Assembly: GCA_964453345.1 (NCBI GenBank)
Contig: CAYVOC010000015.1
Coordinates: 2,433-34,524, forward strand
DNA from: an uncultured Aquificales bacterium
Lineage (GTDB): Bacteria > Thermosulfidibacterota > Thermosulfidibacteria > Thermosulfidibacterales > Thermosulfidibacteraceae
DNA length: 32,092 nt
Direction of reading: 5' to 3'
The notes under the pieces were generated by a model. It saw only the letters and a program-made list of their open reading frames with translations. It made no database searches and was not told the origin of the DNA. Below, piece after piece: positions 29,995 through 32,092 of this stretch; positions within the stretch are counted from its first letter, which is position 1; each line of letters starts with the position of its first letter. A program made the position numbers and the translations under genes.

Positions 29995-30771
29995 ATGATA
30001 AGGGAAGGGGACTTTGTGCTTCTGGTATCCGAAAGCGGGAAGGAGTTTCTGGTAAGGGTCGACTCCTCCACGAACTTCAGCACCCATAAGGGCAGCGTCA
30101 ACCTCAGCGAGCTTGTGGGCAAGGACTACGGTTGCAGCATAAAGAGCAGCAAGGATCACACCTTCACCGTGGTCAGACCCACCATATACGATTTTCTAAA
30201 AAGGGTGAAGCGTCAGACCCAGATAATATACCCCAAGGACATAGGCTACATAATCCTGAAGCTTGGCGTCGGTTCCGGTAAAAGGGTGGTGGAGTGCGGA
30301 ACGGGATCCGGGTCCCTCACCATGGCCCTTGCCTTCTGTGTTGCCCCCTTTGGCAGGGTGTATTCCTACGAGAGGAGGGAGGAGTTCAGCAAACTGGCCC
30401 GGGAAAACCTAAGCAGGGTGGGGCTTGACAGATTTGTTGAGTTCAGGGTTAAGGACGCACGGGAGGGATTCGAAGAAACAGAGGTTGACGCCGCCTTCAT
30501 AGATGTCAAGGTGCCGGAAGAGCTGATAGATCAGGTGTGGAAGGCGCTGAAGCCAGGAGCGCCTGTGGGGTTTCTGCTTCCCACAACCAACCAGGCATCA
30601 AGCCTTTTAAAGCACCTTGAAGCGTCCGGTTTCGTGATAAACGAGATGGTTGAAATACTTCTGAGAAGATACAAGACCAATCCCGACAGACTGCGACCGG
30701 ACGACATCATGAACGCCCACACAGGGTATCTTATTTTTGCAAGGAAGGTGAGCCATGAAGCTGAAGATTAA
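29995..30771 (+). CDS. trmI: tRNA (adenine-N1)-methyltransferase (m1A58)
   Basis: [31 protein letters not shown] and RP...AHTGYL; ATG 29995 chosen. Confidence 0.95.
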   Translation: MIREGDFVLLVSESGKEFLVRVDSSTNFSTHKGSVNLSELVGKDYGCSIKSSKDHTFTVVRPTIYDFLKRVKRQTQIIYPKDIGYIILKLGVGSGKRVVECGTGSGSLTMALAFCVAPFGRVYSYERREEFSKLARENLSRVGLDRFVEFRVKDAREGFEETEVDAAFIDVKVPEELIDQVWKALKPGAPVGFLLPTTNQASSLLKHLEASGFVINEMVEILLRRYKTNPDRLRPDDIMNAHTGYLIFARKVSHEAED

Positions 30772-31072
30772 AGAGACGGAAAGAGCGATATATGCCAGCG
30801 GCAACTTCACACGGGAAAGCATGGTCCATCAGATTTCCGCCACAGCCTACGACGGGCACCTGCACGTGGAGATCGTTCCGCCAAGCTACAGCGCCAAGCA
30901 GGTGGCAAACAAACTGATAGAGGCCCTTGGAGAACCGGAGGAGCCTCCCAGGGTAAGGGAAAGCTTCTCAGACTGCGGGGAGGAGCCGGGTTCCCTTCTT
31001 GTGAGCTGGAAGGGGGATCTTAAAAAGCACGAGTGGATCGAAAAGCTTGCGGAGGTTCTTAAGGATGAGTGA
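30755..31072 (+). CDS. Hypothetical protein (105 aa)
   Basis: ATG with AAGGTG RBS. Fills the gap between trmI and the MBL gene and overlaps both; codon style is like its neighbours. No family recognised. Confidence 0.75.
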   Translation: MKLKIKETERAIYASGNFTRESMVHQISATAYDGHLHVEIVPPSYSAKQVANKLIEALGEPEEPPRVRESFSDCGEEPGSLLVSWKGDLKKHEWIEKLAEVLKDE

Positions 31073-32048
31073 TTTCAATCCCTACAACTCTCCCGAGATC
31101 TTCTACAGGCTGGGGGACCTTAACCGGGCACTTGAGGGCATAGACATTTTCTTCTACGGGGCGGGCAGCCTCAGCTCAAACGTGTATATCCTTGATGGGG
31201 GCAAAACCCTTATAGATACCGGCAACAGCGCCGAACTGCTCATGGAATACAGGGAGCGATACCCGGACGCGAAGATAGAGCGTGTGATCATCACCCACGC
31301 CCACCACGACCACATAGCCGGGCTATTCCTCATATTAAGCCGGTTTGAGCCGGAGATATACATACATGAGGCGGAACTTGAGGCGACAGTCCAAGACAGA
31401 ACCCTCAGGGACTTTTTCAAGGAGATAGGCAAGGACCATCTTCTGCGTCCCCTTAAGGGAAACGAGGAGATAGAAACGGAAAACTTCAGGCTCAAGGTTC
31501 TCTATACGCCGGGACACACTCCCGGAACAATCTGTCTGTTTATTCCGGAAAGAAAGGTCCTCTTCTCCTCCGACACCCTCTTTCCAATGAAGGGCGAGTG
31601 GGCGCTCCTTCCGGCTCCCGATCCCCAGGGAGGGAAGCTGGAAGAGATGGCCCTGTCCATAAGGTTCCTCATGCGGCTTGAACCTGTCGCCTTCCTGCCC
31701 GGTCATCTGTTCCCCGTATGGGAGGATGTGCACGATCACATGAAGAGAACCTACTTTGAGCTACAGCTTCAGATACAGGGAAGAGAGGACCTCGCCTACA
31801 TAAACACCGGTATAATCCTTGCAGATCTGGGAAGGCTTGATGAGGCCATAGAGTGCTTTGACAGGGTGCTGGAGAAGGACGAAAACCACCCCGGCGCCTG
31901 CTTTGTGAAGGGTTTGGCCATGATGCAGAAGGCAAGATTCAAGGAGGCCGTGGAACTCTTCGACAGGGCTCTGAAAGTTTATCCGGACTTCAAGGAGGCG
32001 GCGGAGGCCAAAAGAAGAGCACTTATTGCAATGTCGTCTAACCGTTGA
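31065..32048 (+). CDS. Metallo-beta-lactamase-fold hydrolase with C-terminal TPR repeats
   Basis: ATG 31065 (GGAGG upstream); LIDTG, THAHHDH, PGHTPG, SSD and PGH; two TPRs (AYINTG...[15 protein letters not shown]...AVELFDRAL) plus a capping helix. Confidence 0.92.
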   Translation: MSDFNPYNSPEIFYRLGDLNRALEGIDIFFYGAGSLSSNVYILDGGKTLIDTGNSAELLMEYRERYPDAKIERVIITHAHHDHIAGLFLILSRFEPEIYIHEAELEATVQDRTLRDFFKEIGKDHLLRPLKGNEEIETENFRLKVLYTPGHTPGTICLFIPERKVLFSSDTLFPMKGEWALLPAPDPQGGKLEEMALSIRFLMRLEPVAFLPGHLFPVWEDVHDHMKRTYFELQLQIQGREDLAYINTGIILADLGRLDEAIECFDRVLEKDENHPGACFVKGLAMMQKARFKEAVELFDRALKVYPDFKEAAEAKRRALIAMSSNR

Positions 32049-32062
32049 TAAATTAAATACAG

Positions 32063-32078
32063 GGGGAACAGGTTCCCC
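32063..32078. terminator. GC-rich hairpin, possible intrinsic terminator
   Basis: GGGGAA-CAGG-TTCCCC lies 14 nt after the MBL-TPR stop. The AT-rich tract on its left reads as the T-rich tail on the minus strand, which fits a convergent gene outside the window better; the plus strand has no U-tract. Confidence 0.45.
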
Positions 32079-32092
32079 TCTCCGAAACCAAA

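Noticed and set aside
1..32092. CRISPR arrays, tRNA/rRNA genes, IS elements, prophage, selenocysteine readthrough
   Set aside because: No intergenic space except ~100 nt at 25.3 kb, no repeat-spacer pattern, and no transposase or integrase. The TGA stops I examined end complete proteins. By-eye inspection only.

Overview
Very compact bacterial chromosomal window (about 32 CDS, gaps mostly under 25 nt, many start/stop overlaps). Heavy AGG/AGA/ATA codon use, K/E/R-rich proteins and trmI suggest a thermophilic bacterium (inference; the taxon cannot be determined from the sequence). Layout: (i) a minus-strand run argF, lipoprotein, polA, coaE, then an MNT nucleotidyltransferase and a HEPN-like gene cut by the window edge; (ii) an 18-gene, ~19.6 kb plus-strand run: argA-like GNAT, ahcY, gpsA, pgsA-like, metK, purE, tsaC, HemL-like class III aminotransferase, extended SDR, glmU, glmS, CLC-CBS, pcrA, gatC, gyrA, rnhB, yraN, ion-transporter permease; (iii) an AIM24 gene divergent from cimA plus a lytic transglycosylase; (iv) bioD, FliK-like and standalone FlhB-C genes, divergent from trmI, a hypothetical gene and an MBL-TPR hydrolase. 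I saw no rRNA, tRNA, CRISPR array, IS or prophage. Most of the window is housekeeping. The best leads are the atypical aminotransferase/SDR pair, the trmI-orphan-MBL/TPR trio, a CLC with unusual filter residues, the MNT-HEPN module overlapping the end of coaE, and the orphan FliK-like/FlhB-C pair. All family calls come from motif recognition by eye; no searches were run. Several starts were moved from the ORF track using RBS position and family N-termini.
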